Shown here: positions 6,832-15,816 of the stretch, piece after piece | Layout: every line of letters starts with the position of its first letter | Position numbering within the stretch: the first letter of the stretch is position 1 | The notes under the pieces: model-generated | Database searches by the model: none | What the model was told of the DNA's origin: nothing | Seen by the model: the letters and a program-made list of their open reading frames with translations, nothing else | Position numbers and translations under genes: made by a program | Assembly: GCA_030640665.1 (NCBI GenBank) | Contig: DAOWIY010000015.1 | Coordinates: forward strand, 1-36,633 | DNA length: 36,633 bases | Direction of reading: 5' to 3' | Source of the DNA: Clostridia bacterium | GTDB lineage: Bacteria > Aerophobota > Aerophobia > Aerophobales > AE-B3A

Positions 6832-8127
6832 ATGAGAAGAATGAGAATGTTAGTTCTCACAGTGGTCATTGCTAGCTTGCTTGTAGTAGCTAGTATGGGA
6901 TCTGCCTTTGCCCAAGAAACTACTGTTACTGTCTGGGCCTGGCAGTTCCCTGCAGACTGTGCGCAGGCTAGCATGGAGAGGTTTAATGCACTCTATCCAG
7001 ATATAAATGTCGAGTGGGAGATAATGGGACCTGGAGATGTTTATGATAATCTACTCTTGGCTCTATCAGCCGGGGAAGGAGCACCCGATGCAGTTTGTTT
7101 AGAAAGCAGCCATTTAGCACAGTATGTGGCTTTGGGAGGCTTACTCGACATTACGGACAGAGCCTTACCCTACTACGATAAAATGGAGACGGCTAAATGG
7201 GTAGAGGCTAGGGACGAGCAAGGAAGAATTTATGCTATGCCTTTGGACAGTGGCCCAGTTGCTATCTGGTATCGAAGAGACATATTTGGAAACGCTGGAT
7301 TTCCCTCTGATCCTGAATCTGTAGCTGAGTTGCTAGACACCTGGGATGACTTCTATGAAGTGGCTAAACTAGTTAAAGAGAGAAGTGGCGTCTATATGTT
7401 CGCTGACCCGGGTTCTAGTGATGGCCGACTTTTTGAGATGCTTCTCTGGCAGCAAGAAGCAGGTTATGTCGACAGAAAAGGCAAGGTAGTCATTGACAGT
7501 CCAAAAGCAGTAAGAACCCTTGAGTGGCTGGGAAAATTTCACAAGGAAGACTTGGTTCAGGATACTTCACCGTGGACTGCGGGATGGTATGCTGGTATAG
7601 ATGAGGGTGGAGTAGCAACCATCATTGAAGCTGTGTGGATGGGTGGTTTCTTATGGAGCTGGATTACTCCAGGAAGTGCTGGGAACTGGGGCGTTGTACC
7701 TCTGCCCGTTTGGGAAAAAGATGGAGTAAGGTCCAGTAATGACGGTGGCTCTACCTATGCAATCACTAACCAATGTCCCGAGGAAAAGATAGAAGCAGCC
7801 TGGAAGTTTCTGGAGTTTTTTACCGCCGATAGACAAGCCCTGGTGGCAGGCTGGAGACTATTGGATAATTTCCCCTCTCTGATGGAATGCTGGACTGATC
7901 CTCTAGTAGAAGAGGAAGTTGCCTTCTTTGGTGAGCAGAAATATAGGAAGGTATTTACGGAAGCGGCTAAAAAGATACCCTGGTGGAACTACACTAAAGA
8001 TTATTCGGAAATGAACAGTATTGCTCAGGTGTATCTAACTGCTTATAATCTGGGAGATGAAACTGATGCACAAGAAGCTTTGACTCAAGCTGCTGCAGAA
8101 ATAAGAGCAAGAACAGGAAGAGAATAA
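6832..8127 (+). CDS. Extracellular/periplasmic sugar-binding protein of an ABC transporter (family 1 solute-binding protein)
   Basis: RBS AAAGGAGG. The signal peptide MRRMRMLVLTVVIASLLVVASMGSAFA-QE has no lipobox Cys. The 431-aa size and a Trp/Asp/Ala-rich pattern are typical of CUT1 binding proteins. Two permease genes follow. Confidence 0.9.
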   Translation: MRRMRMLVLTVVIASLLVVASMGSAFAQETTVTVWAWQFPADCAQASMERFNALYPDINVEWEIMGPGDVYDNLLLALSAGEGAPDAVCLESSHLAQYVALGGLLDITDRALPYYDKMETAKWVEARDEQGRIYAMPLDSGPVAIWYRRDIFGNAGFPSDPESVAELLDTWDDFYEVAKLVKERSGVYMFADPGSSDGRLFEMLLWQQEAGYVDRKGKVVIDSPKAVRTLEWLGKFHKEDLVQDTSPWTAGWYAGIDEGGVATIIEAVWMGGFLWSWITPGSAGNWGVVPLPVWEKDGVRSSNDGGSTYAITNQCPEEKIEAAWKFLEFFTADRQALVAGWRLLDNFPSLMECWTDPLVEEEVAFFGEQKYRKVFTEAAKKIPWWNYTKDYSEMNSIAQVYLTAYNLGDETDAQEALTQAAAEIRARTGRE

Positions 8128-8145
8128 TCGGTCTTTGTAGTCAAG

Positions 8146-8228
8146 CAGAGTAAACTCTGTTAGAAATTAGAAATTTCTACGGGGAGTTGTTCCTTTACCG
8201 CGTAAGGGCTTTAAGCTCTTACGCGGTA
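8146..8228 (+). promoter_or_regulatory. Three consecutive stem-loops between the binding-protein and permease genes (no U-tract)
   Basis: CAGAG-taaa-CTCTG at 8146-8159. TAGAAATT-aga-AATTTCTA at 8161-8179. An 11-bp perfect stem TACCGCGTAAG/CTTACGCGGTA at 8196-8228. Confidence 0.5.
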
Positions 8229-8282
8229 GCTTCTATTGACGATTCCGGGAATTTGAGATAATTTAAAAAAGAGGAGGTTAAA

Positions 8283-9200
8283 TTGGCTAAGCAAGGTCAA
8301 GAAATAAAAAAAGAAAGTCTATTTAAAAAGATAAGAAAGAATAAGATTCCTTATCTCTTTATTTCTCCTTTTTTTATTTTGTTTGCTATTTTTTTGCTTT
8401 ATCCAACGGCATATTCCTTTTATCTGAGTTTTTTTAAATGGAATGGTACTGGTCCAAAATTATATGTTGGTTTACTTAACTACATAAATTTGTTTGCAAA
8501 TAGACCATTCAAACAATCTTTGATGAATGGTGTAATTATATTTCTTGAATATGTTCCCAGTATGACTTTGCTAGCATTAATTTTAGCTTCCTTATTGAAT
8601 TCTAAGTATCTTAAATTACAGGGTGTATTTAGAACCTTCATTTTTCTTCCCTATGTCACTGCCACAGTAGCAGTAGCTTTTTCTTTTCAGTTACTACTGG
8701 ATAAAAAATATGGTCTGGCAAACTTATTTTTAGGCTTCTTTGGAACCGAACCTATTGGCTGGTTAAATACCCCAAATTTAGCCCGTATTTGCCTTAGCAG
8801 TCTGGTAACCTGGCGCTGGTTAGGGTATAATATGGTTATTCTTCTAGCCGGACTGCAAAATATCCCTTTGGAATTATATGAAGCAGCCAAGATTGATGGA
8901 GCTACACCCACTCAATCATTCTTTCGTATTACCCTGCCCTTAATGAAGCCGATGTTACTCTTTTGCATACTTTTGTCTACGGTAGGAACATTTTCTTTGT
9001 TTGAAGAACCTTATATACTCTTCTTGCCATCAAGAGGAGCAGGACCTATGGATGCTACCCTCACTCCCGTAGTATATCTGTATCAAACTGGGTTTAGATA
9101 TCTTCATTTTGGCAGTGCTTCAAGTATTGCTTACGCTTTATTTATAATATTATTCCTTGCCAGTTTATTTGAAATAAAAATTTTAGGAGAGAAAAAATGA
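8283..9200 (+). CDS. Sugar ABC transporter permease (MalF/UgpA-like)
   Basis: TTG start after AAGAGGAGG. It is a multi-TM protein with the EAA loop LYEAAKIDGATPTQSFFRITLPLMKP. Confidence 0.9.
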   Translation: MAKQGQEIKKESLFKKIRKNKIPYLFISPFFILFAIFLLYPTAYSFYLSFFKWNGTGPKLYVGLLNYINLFANRPFKQSLMNGVIIFLEYVPSMTLLALILASLLNSKYLKLQGVFRTFIFLPYVTATVAVAFSFQLLLDKKYGLANLFLGFFGTEPIGWLNTPNLARICLSSLVTWRWLGYNMVILLAGLQNIPLELYEAAKIDGATPTQSFFRITLPLMKPMLLFCILLSTVGTFSLFEEPYILFLPSRGAGPMDATLTPVVYLYQTGFRYLHFGSASSIAYALFIILFLASLFEIKILGEKK

Positions 9201-10081
9201 GTTTAAAAGTTAGCTCTCATTCCTTACGAGAAAAGAGGTTAAAGTTAAGAGGAGAAAAAAAGAAAATGCACTTAAAGAAAACCCTGGTTTATTTCTTCCT
9301 TATATTAATTTCTGTTGCTATGGTGATGCCTCTGGTATGGATGTTCAGCTCAGCCTTCAAATTCCGAGCTGAGATATTTAGCTATCCACCTACCTTGTTC
9401 GCAAAGAATCCCACTCTCAGTAGCTTTTTTTCCTTGTTCGACCAATACCCCTTTGACAGAAATCTATTTAATAGTTTCTTTATTTCTGCTAGTTATACTG
9501 CTCTAGCTTTATTTTTCTGCTCCTTAGCTGCCTTTGGCTTTGCTAAATACCAATTTCCCGGACGTGATTATCTCTTTCTACTTCTCCTGGGAACACTAAT
9601 AGTACCCTTTCATGTAACTATGATTCCCCTATATGTGTTTTATCGTAAAATTGGCTGGATAAATAAGTTCTGGGGGCTGATTTTTCCCGGGATGGCCAAT
9701 GCTTTTGGCATATTCTTTATGAGGCAATATCTGATTAAGATACCCGATGATTTTTTGGATTCAGCCAGAATAGACGGATGCTCAGAATTTAAGATATTTT
9801 TGGGCATTATTCTACCTATAGCCAGACCAGCTTTAACCGGGTTAGGAATAATATTCTTTATGGGCTCCTGGAACAATTTCCTCTGGCCCCTCATCATTTT
9901 AAAAAGTCGTGAGATGCTAACAGCCGTTGTAGCCATCAGGCAACTTCAAGGAGTTCTTCGGGTTCCCTATGATCTTATAATGGCTGCCTCGGCGTTAACA
10001 GTAATACCATTGATTATACTTTTTTTAGTTTTACAAAAACAGTTCATTGCCGGAATTACCAAAGGAGCAATTAAAGGTTAA
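9197..10081 (+). CDS. Sugar ABC transporter permease (MalG/UgpE-like)
   Basis: ATGA overlap with the upstream permease and an AGGAG RBS. EAA loop LDSARIDGCSEFKIFLGIILPIARPAL. An internal Met at residue 24 is an alternative start. Confidence 0.88.
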   Translation: MSLKVSSHSLREKRLKLRGEKKKMHLKKTLVYFFLILISVAMVMPLVWMFSSAFKFRAEIFSYPPTLFAKNPTLSSFFSLFDQYPFDRNLFNSFFISASYTALALFFCSLAAFGFAKYQFPGRDYLFLLLLGTLIVPFHVTMIPLYVFYRKIGWINKFWGLIFPGMANAFGIFFMRQYLIKIPDDFLDSARIDGCSEFKIFLGIILPIARPALTGLGIIFFMGSWNNFLWPLIILKSREMLTAVVAIRQLQGVLRVPYDLIMAASALTVIPLIILFLVLQKQFIAGITKGAIKG

Positions 10082-10099
10082 ATCAAGAAAGGAGTAAAA

Positions 10100-12109
10100 A
10101 TGAATTTTGGATGTGATTATTATCCAGAGCATTGGCCAGAAGAAAGATGGACTAAAGATATCCAGATGATGGCTGAAGCTGGTTTTAATGTAGTAAGACT
10201 GGCTGAGTTTGCCTGGAGTAAGTTAGAACCAGAGGAAGGACAGTATGACTTTGACTGGCTGGATAGAGCAATCAAGATTTTAGCCGAAAACAGAATTAGA
10301 ATTATTCTGGGTACACCTACCGCTACTCCTCCTGCCTGGTTAGCCAGACAATATCCTACTATATTTCGAGTAGATGAAAAAGGAATAAGAAGTAGCTTTG
10401 GAGGACGGCGAGGATACTGTCCAAATAGTTCCATATATAGAGATTACTCTCAGAGAATTGTGTTAGAACTGGCTAAACATTACAAGAATAATGAGAATGT
10501 AATAGGCTGGCAAATCGATAATGAGTTTGGAGGCTTATGTTATTGTAAGAGCTGTCTTAAAGAATTTAGGAAATGGCTAAAGGAAAAATACAGTACGTTA
10601 GAGCAATTAAATAAAGAGTGGGGAACCATATTCTGGAGTCAAACCTATACGGACTGGGATGAGATTCCTTTACCCCGACAGTTAGACACGGCTCATAATC
10701 CCAGCCTTCTCTTGGATTACCGGCGATTTATCTCTGACTCCTATATTAGCTATCAAAAACTGCAGATAGATATTCTCAGAAAGAGCTACCCTCATAAATT
10801 CATTACCCACAATTTCATGGGACTTTTCAATGGGATAGATTATTATAAACTGGCTGAACCTTTGGATTTTGTCGCCTGGGATAACTATCCTAACTTAAAG
10901 TCTATGGAGGAGAATAAGAGTCTAGCGAATGAGAATATAGTAAAAGTTTCTTTATCGCACGATCTTATGCGTGGATTAAAAAGGCAAAATTTCTGGGTTA
11001 TGGAAGAGGAAAGCGGTCCTCCTGGATGGGAATATGTAGAGCCAACTCCTCCTCCCGGCCGGATACGTCTATGGACTTATCAAGCCATTGCTCACGGAGC
11101 TGATGGAATACTCTATTTTCGCTGGAGAACCTCCCGATTTGGAACCGAACAGTTCTGGCACGGCATCTTAGATCAGGCCGGAGTTACTACCAGAAGATAT
11201 GAGGAGATAAGAAAGGTAGGGCAGGAATTACAGTCGGTTGGAAGTAAGCTAATAGGATTGGAATTTCCTCAAGAGGTAGCAATACTTACCTCCTACGATG
11301 AGCAGTGGGCTTTTGGAATTCAGCCCAACAATCCTCAATTCAACTATCAGGAACACTTTGCTTCTTATTACAGAATTTTAAATAGGTGGAATATCCCTGT
11401 AGATGTGGTCTCTATCCGGGCAGATCTTTCAAAATATAAACTGGTGATAGCTCCGGCATTATTTCTGATTAATGATGAGCTGGTGGAGAATTTGAAGGAG
11501 TTTGTGAAAAAAGATGGAACATTAATTATTACCTTCCGCTCGGGAGTAAAAAATTGGAACAATGTAGTATTGGAGGAGCCTTTACCAGGAAAGCTTAATG
11601 ACTTACTGGGAATCGAGGTTGTTGAATACGACTCACTTCCTTCTCAGCAAAAATGTAAATTGAAACTTATTTATCCTGAAATCGAACCTTTATCAGGAGA
11701 GTGCAATATCTGGTGTGATATAATAAAATGCGGGGGAGCAGAAGTCATAGGAAGATATGCTCAATCCTATTATAAGGGTGAAGCCTGCGTCACCATTAAC
11801 CGGTTTGGACAAGGATGTGCTATTTATATAGGGACTAATCCTTCGCCAGAAATTAAGGAGTCCATATTAAAATGGGCCACAGAAAAATCAGGAGTAAGGT
11901 CCTCATTCCCGGCAGATTCTAAGGATCTAGAAGTAGTACTTCGTAGAAAGGAAGGTAAGAACTGTCTATTTTTCCTTAATCATTCTGGCGAAGACAATCA
12001 TGTAAAACTGGATAGCGCTTACGTAGAGCTGTTAGAGAACCGGAAATACGCAAAAGGCTCGATTATGACTATAGAGCCCAAAGGAGTAAAGATCCTTTGG
12101 GAAACCTAA
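10100..12109 (+). CDS. GH42 beta-galactosidase (family also contains alpha-L-arabinopyranosidases), cytoplasmic
   Basis: N-terminus MNFGCDYYPEHWPEERW...GFNVVRLAEFAWSKLEPEEGQYDF. Acid/base WQIDNEFG and nucleophile region FWVMEEESGP. A Cys cluster (CPNS...CYCKSC) matches the GH42 zinc site. No signal peptide. Confidence 0.92.
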   Translation: MNFGCDYYPEHWPEERWTKDIQMMAEAGFNVVRLAEFAWSKLEPEEGQYDFDWLDRAIKILAENRIRIILGTPTATPPAWLARQYPTIFRVDEKGIRSSFGGRRGYCPNSSIYRDYSQRIVLELAKHYKNNENVIGWQIDNEFGGLCYCKSCLKEFRKWLKEKYSTLEQLNKEWGTIFWSQTYTDWDEIPLPRQLDTAHNPSLLLDYRRFISDSYISYQKLQIDILRKSYPHKFITHNFMGLFNGIDYYKLAEPLDFVAWDNYPNLKSMEENKSLANENIVKVSLSHDLMRGLKRQNFWVMEEESGPPGWEYVEPTPPPGRIRLWTYQAIAHGADGILYFRWRTSRFGTEQFWHGILDQAGVTTRRYEEIRKVGQELQSVGSKLIGLEFPQEVAILTSYDEQWAFGIQPNNPQFNYQEHFASYYRILNRWNIPVDVVSIRADLSKYKLVIAPALFLINDELVENLKEFVKKDGTLIITFRSGVKNWNNVVLEEPLPGKLNDLLGIEVVEYDSLPSQQKCKLKLIYPEIEPLSGECNIWCDIIKCGGAEVIGRYAQSYYKGEACVTINRFGQGCAIYIGTNPSPEIKESILKWATEKSGVRSSFPADSKDLEVVLRRKEGKNCLFFLNHSGEDNHVKLDSAYVELLENRKYAKGSIMTIEPKGVKILWET

Positions 12110-12402
12110 ATAATTTTTTGAAGATTGGTATTCTTTTGTTAATTTCTCTTCTTTTATTTACTCCAAGGATCTTATTGGCAGAGAACCTCGAAGAAAAATT
12201 AGACCTTAATGGACCATGGTTATTCACCCTAGATCCTCACAATCAAGGAGAAGGGGACAAAAGATTTATATTTGTGATGAATTTTTCCGATAAGCCCTCG
12301 AAAATATTTCTTGGGGAAGAATATACAGAGCTTATAAAAGGAAAGAGGTTGAAAGGAAAGATAAACATCTACGAGGTGATGAACAAGCCTTTATGGATTT
12401 AA
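12097..12402 (+). pseudogene. Probable remnant of a secreted glycoside hydrolase (N- and C-terminal pieces only)
   Basis: 101-aa ORF with a TTG start overlapping the GH42 stop. It has a signal-peptide-like start (ILLLISLLLFTPRILLA) and LDLNGPWLFTLDPHNQGE, which resembles the first strand of GH2/GH35-type enzymes. It then jumps to RFIFVMNFSDKPSKIFLGEEYTELIKGKRLKGKINI. That stretch parallels the extreme C-terminus of the adjacent GH42 (LFFLNHSGEDNHVKLDSAYVELLENRKYAKGSIMTI). Confidence 0.4.
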
Positions 12403-12434
12403 TTCTTTATCCGGAGATTGCCCATTAAATTCTC

Positions 12435-12463
12435 TTGACTTTTTTGAGAAAATATAGTATATT
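12435..12463 (+). promoter_or_regulatory. Candidate promoter (TTGACT, 17 nt, TATATT) for the small ORF at 12484
   Basis: TTGACT at 12435-12440 and TATATT at 12458-12463. An AGAGG RBS lies 8 nt before the ATG. Confidence 0.5.
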
Positions 12464-12483
12464 TTTAAATAGAGGTAATTAAA

Positions 12484-12867
12484 ATGCCCAAGGAAAGGCC
12501 AACTAAAGCAAAATTTAAAATGGTTGATAACGATGCTTGGATTACAGTACATTTTGAAGAGATTGTAGATAAATATGCAGGCCAGCATATAATCGTTTCT
12601 AATGGTGAAATATTCACGGGCGAGAATGCTTTAGAAAATGCGCGGAAGAAATATCCCAATATCATCCCCACAAGTATGCCTGTGCCAAGGCCAGAAGATT
12701 TTACCCCTGTCCATATTTTTCCTTGTATCCTCTATGAGCCCTTTTTACTTCTTCAGGGGGGAGCTCATCTGGTGTTCCTTGAAGAAGAGCTAAAAATACG
12801 GTTTTGGCAATATCTTCCAGCATTACCGCTGTCTTCAAGGCTGCCTTTGCCGAAGGACCGATGGTAA
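12484..12867 (+). CDS. Small DUF5678-like protein. Only the first ~70 codons look genuine; the tail runs antisense through the araD 3' end.
   Basis: It has its own promoter and RBS. Residues 15-70 (DAWITVHFEEIVDKYAGQHIIVSNGEIFTGENALENARKKYPNIIPTSMPVP) fit my recollection of DUF5678 small proteins. From 12701 onward the frame is antisense to araD. Confidence 0.45.
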   Translation: MPKERPTKAKFKMVDNDAWITVHFEEIVDKYAGQHIIVSNGEIFTGENALENARKKYPNIIPTSMPVPRPEDFTPVHIFPCILYEPFLLLQGGAHLVFLEEELKIRFWQYLPALPLSSRLPLPKDRW

Positions 12868-13345
12868 AGACCCCGTGGTTTTTCATCAAAATAGCTGGAG
12901 AGTCCCCAATAGAGTTTATAATCTCCTCTCCAATTTCTTCTCCACCAATCTTAGCATAGGCTCCTACGGGAATAGAACCTCCAAATTCATCAGCCATAGC
13001 TGTAAGATAAACAGGAATAGGTTTGCCCAAAGCAGCAAAACTGGTGGCATAATTGGAATGGGTGTGGACGATGCCATTAACATCGTCTCGATGTCGGTAT
13101 ATATAAAGGTGGGTAGGGGTATCCACAGAAGGCTTTAAACTCCCCTCAATTATCTTCCCCTCTAAATCTACTACTACCATATGGGACGGCTTTAAATCTT
13201 CATAACTTATCCCACTTGGTTTTATAACCACATAACCTGTCTTTTTATCTCGACCGCTAACATTTCCACTGGTCATAGAAACCAACCTATTTTTGGGAAG
13301 CTCCAGGTTCATTCGCCAAACTTCCTCGCGTAGTTTCTCTAACAT
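12701..13345 (-). CDS. araD: L-ribulose-5-phosphate 4-epimerase (class II aldolase fold)
   Basis: It aligns by eye along its whole length with E. coli and B. subtilis AraD. Shared motifs are TSGNVSGRD, VIKPSG, KPSVDTPTH, GIVHTHS, ADEFGGSIP, NHG and a C-terminal KYGQG. Confidence 0.92.
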   Translation of the reverse strand: MLEKLREEVWRMNLELPKNRLVSMTSGNVSGRDKKTGYVVIKPSGISYEDLKPSHMVVVDLEGKIIEGSLKPSVDTPTHLYIYRHRDDVNGIVHTHSNYATSFAALGKPIPVYLTAMADEFGGSIPVGAYAKIGGEEIGEEIINSIGDSPAILMKNHGVFTIGPSAKAALKTAVMLEDIAKTVFLALLQGTPDELPPEEVKRAHRGYKEKYGQG

Positions 13346-13363
13346 AAAAGACTCCTTTTTCAG

Positions 13364-13387
13364 CTATACGCTACCCGCTATACGCTG
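13364..13387 (-). repeat. Heptad array CAG-N4-UAG-N4-UAG-N4-UAG spanning the araB stop
   Basis: The minus strand reads CAGCGTATAGCGGGTAGCGTATAGCTG. The 10-mer AGCGTATAGC occurs twice here and once more at 29104-29113. Confidence 0.7.
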
Positions 13388-15040
13388 TCTCTTCAGCCGC
13401 TTCATAACATCATTTTCCCCTCGTCCAAAATAATCGTGCAATTTTTCATATTCAGTATAGATTTTCTCATAAAGAGAGTGGTTTTCCTCATCAGGTCTAA
13501 AGCGTTTTACCTTTAAATGAGCCATTTTCCCGGCTGCTTCTACTATACTATCATAGCCTCCTTTTTTCTTTCCTGCCGCCACTGCCCCAAACATAGCTGA
13601 GCCAAGAGCGGGGGTTTGCGAGGAGGCAGCAATTTTAATCTCTCGGCCAGTAACATCAGCATAAATCTGCATAAGAAGTTTGTTTTTCTCTGGTAGACCC
13701 CCACAAGCATAAAGCTCCTCTATCTTGACCCCGTTTTCCTCAAAAGTGTTAATTATTTTGTAAGTTCCAAAAGCTGTCGCCTCAATGAGAGCGCGGTAAA
13801 TTTCCTCTGGCTTAGTTTCTAGAGTACATCCCAGAAGGAGACCACTAAGGTCAGTATCTACCAATATGGAACGATTACCGTTCCACCAGTCAAGAGCTAC
13901 GAGCCCACTTTCTCCTGGTTTTGAAGTAGATGCTTTTTCCTCCAAAAGATTATGGATATCAACTCCTTTCCTGGCGGCCTCTTCTGAATATTCTTTAGGT
14001 ACGCAATTTTTCACAAACCAGGCAAAAATATCTCCTACTCCGGATTGACCAGCTTCATATCCGTAATATCCGGGCAGGATTCCTTCCTTTACTATTCCAC
14101 ACAACCCTGGAATTATATGCAGGTTCTTGTCCACCATCATATGACAGATGGAGGTACCCATTACCATAAGCATCTTACGGGCTAAGGTAATCGTAGCCGC
14201 AGGAACAGATACATGCGCATCCACATTTCCCACTGCCACCGAAGTTCCTTCAATAAGGCCGGTAAGGCGAGCCACCTCTTTTGTCAGACCCCCTGCTTTC
14301 TCCCCCAGAGAATAAATATCTTCGGACATTTTCTCTTCTACTATATTTTCAAAACGGGAATCTAAGGCTCGGAAAAAATCCGGGGAAGGAAAACCCTTAT
14401 CGAAATTCCAGAGAGCCTTATAACCAGCAGTACAGGAATTTCGCCTCTCTTTTTCTGTCATCTGGAGAACTATCCAATCTGCTCCTTCTATCAATCTATC
14501 CGCAGCTTCATAAATCTCGGGTGCTTCATCCAGTATTTGCAAAGACTTAGAAAAAAACCACTCCGAACTATATTTACCCCCATACCAGGGAAGAAAATCC
14601 TCTTTTCTCTTTCGAGCTACTTCGTTTATCCTATCCGCTTCTGGCTGGGCTGCATGATGTTTCCAAATTTTAACCCAGGAGTGGGGATTATCTTTATATT
14701 TATTTATCATGCATAAAGGAGTTCCTTTTTTATCTGTGGGCATCATAGTACAGGAGGTAAAATCTATGCCTATTCCAATTATATTTTTTGGATCAACTCC
14801 ACTTTTATCCAGCAAATCAGGGATAGTTTTTTTTAAAGTCTGAATATAATCAGCGGGATTTTGCAAGGCCCAATCTGGTTCAAGTTTTATATCACTACCA
14901 GGGAGAAAATCATCTATTACTCCATCCTTATACTCATAAACGGAGCTCGCCACCTCTTCTCCATTCTCTACCTTTACTAAGAGGGCCCTTCCCGACTCAG
15001 TCCCAAAATCAACACCAACAGAATATTTAGCCTGGCCCAT
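13364..15040 (-). CDS. araB: Ribulokinase (FGGY family)
   Basis: 558 aa, the size of the long ribulokinase form. FGGY N-terminal motif [15 protein letters not shown] and C-terminal [22 protein letters not shown]. It sits 18 nt upstream of araD. Confidence 0.9.
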   Translation of the reverse strand: MGQAKYSVGVDFGTESGRALLVKVENGEEVASSVYEYKDGVIDDFLPGSDIKLEPDWALQNPADYIQTLKKTIPDLLDKSGVDPKNIIGIGIDFTSCTMMPTDKKGTPLCMINKYKDNPHSWVKIWKHHAAQPEADRINEVARKRKEDFLPWYGGKYSSEWFFSKSLQILDEAPEIYEAADRLIEGADWIVLQMTEKERRNSCTAGYKALWNFDKGFPSPDFFRALDSRFENIVEEKMSEDIYSLGEKAGGLTKEVARLTGLIEGTSVAVGNVDAHVSVPAATITLARKMLMVMGTSICHMMVDKNLHIIPGLCGIVKEGILPGYYGYEAGQSGVGDIFAWFVKNCVPKEYSEEAARKGVDIHNLLEEKASTSKPGESGLVALDWWNGNRSILVDTDLSGLLLGCTLETKPEEIYRALIEATAFGTYKIINTFEENGVKIEELYACGGLPEKNKLLMQIYADVTGREIKIAASSQTPALGSAMFGAVAAGKKKGGYDSIVEAAGKMAHLKVKRFRPDEENHSLYEKIYTEYEKLHDYFGRGENDVMKRLKRQRIAGSV

Positions 15041-15106
15041 TGTTCTCTTCTCCTTACTTCTCAGTATTTTTCAGCCTCATAAAACATAAAGACTTCATAC
15101 ATCTTC

Positions 15107-15802
15107 TCAATAGTCAAAAATAAGAGGCAGTACCTCACTTAGTGCTGAGATAGTCTGACCTTCCCATTCACCGGCATTCATTCTGTAACCATCACCCGTA
15201 TCCTCGCCTGGTACTCTAATTAAAACAGGAGACATCCCAACTTCGGCAGCACCGCCGAGTTCATCACTACCGCCGTCACCCACATATAGACAATCCTCTG
15301 GCGAGACACTGAGTCTGTTACATGCCAGCAAATATATCTGTGGGTCAGGCTTTGTGAGCAGCACTTCACAGGAGAACACCGCTTCATTAATGAGTTCCGA
15401 AAGTGGCGTCCCCTTCCAAAGCAGGGGAACCTCACAAGAACAATCACTTATTAACCCTATCTTTCGCCCGGAGCTTTTTAACCGGCGAATGATCTCTACA
15501 GCATCTTCCCGCGGAGCCAGAGCACGCCGAATGAACTCAATCCGCCTCCTGGTGGCAGCTTCAATTTGAGCTCTATCTGGCTTTATTCTAAGTACCTCGC
15601 ATATATGCAGAATGTTGGACTCAATGGTAGGAAAAACTCCCCTTGCTCTTTCAGCAAAAGTATCGTCCCATAACTTCTGAAAAGCATTGCGTGAGATGGA
15701 TAAGCTAGCTGTCATCTCTTCAAGCATGTTCTCGTATTCCTGCTTGCAGAGGTAGGGTACAAGTGTACCAAATAGATCGAATATCACTACCTTATATCTC
15801 AT
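15107..15802 (-). CDS. HAD-superfamily hydrolase (subfamily IA-like phosphatase/dehalogenase type)
   Basis: Motif I VVIFDLFGTLV and motif IV YVGDGGSDELGGA. I place the start at the ATG at 15802 with a GAGGAG RBS. The longer GTG-started ORF reaching 15820 would overlap the aroB' stop. Confidence 0.8.
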   Translation of the reverse strand: MRYKVVIFDLFGTLVPYLCKQEYENMLEEMTASLSISRNAFQKLWDDTFAERARGVFPTIESNILHICEVLRIKPDRAQIEAATRRRIEFIRRALAPREDAVEIIRRLKSSGRKIGLISDCSCEVPLLWKGTPLSELINEAVFSCEVLLTKPDPQIYLLACNRLSVSPEDCLYVGDGGSDELGGAAEVGMSPVLIRVPGEDTGDGYRMNAGEWEGQTISALSEVLPLIFDY

Positions 15803-15816
15803 TGTTTTGGAACTCC

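Noticed and set aside
13363-13386. AGCGTATAGC repeats as catabolite-responsive (cre) sites
   Set aside because: They cannot be aligned to the cre consensus (WTGNAANCGNWNNCW) without several mismatches at invariant positions.
12701-15040. The idea that the FGGY kinase and class II aldolase-fold enzyme supply DKFP for the adjacent aro' genes rather than acting on L-ribulose
   Set aside because: Both proteins match canonical AraB and AraD along their whole length, including epimerase-type motifs. The hypothesis rests only on gene order. I keep it as a caveat in the operon finding.
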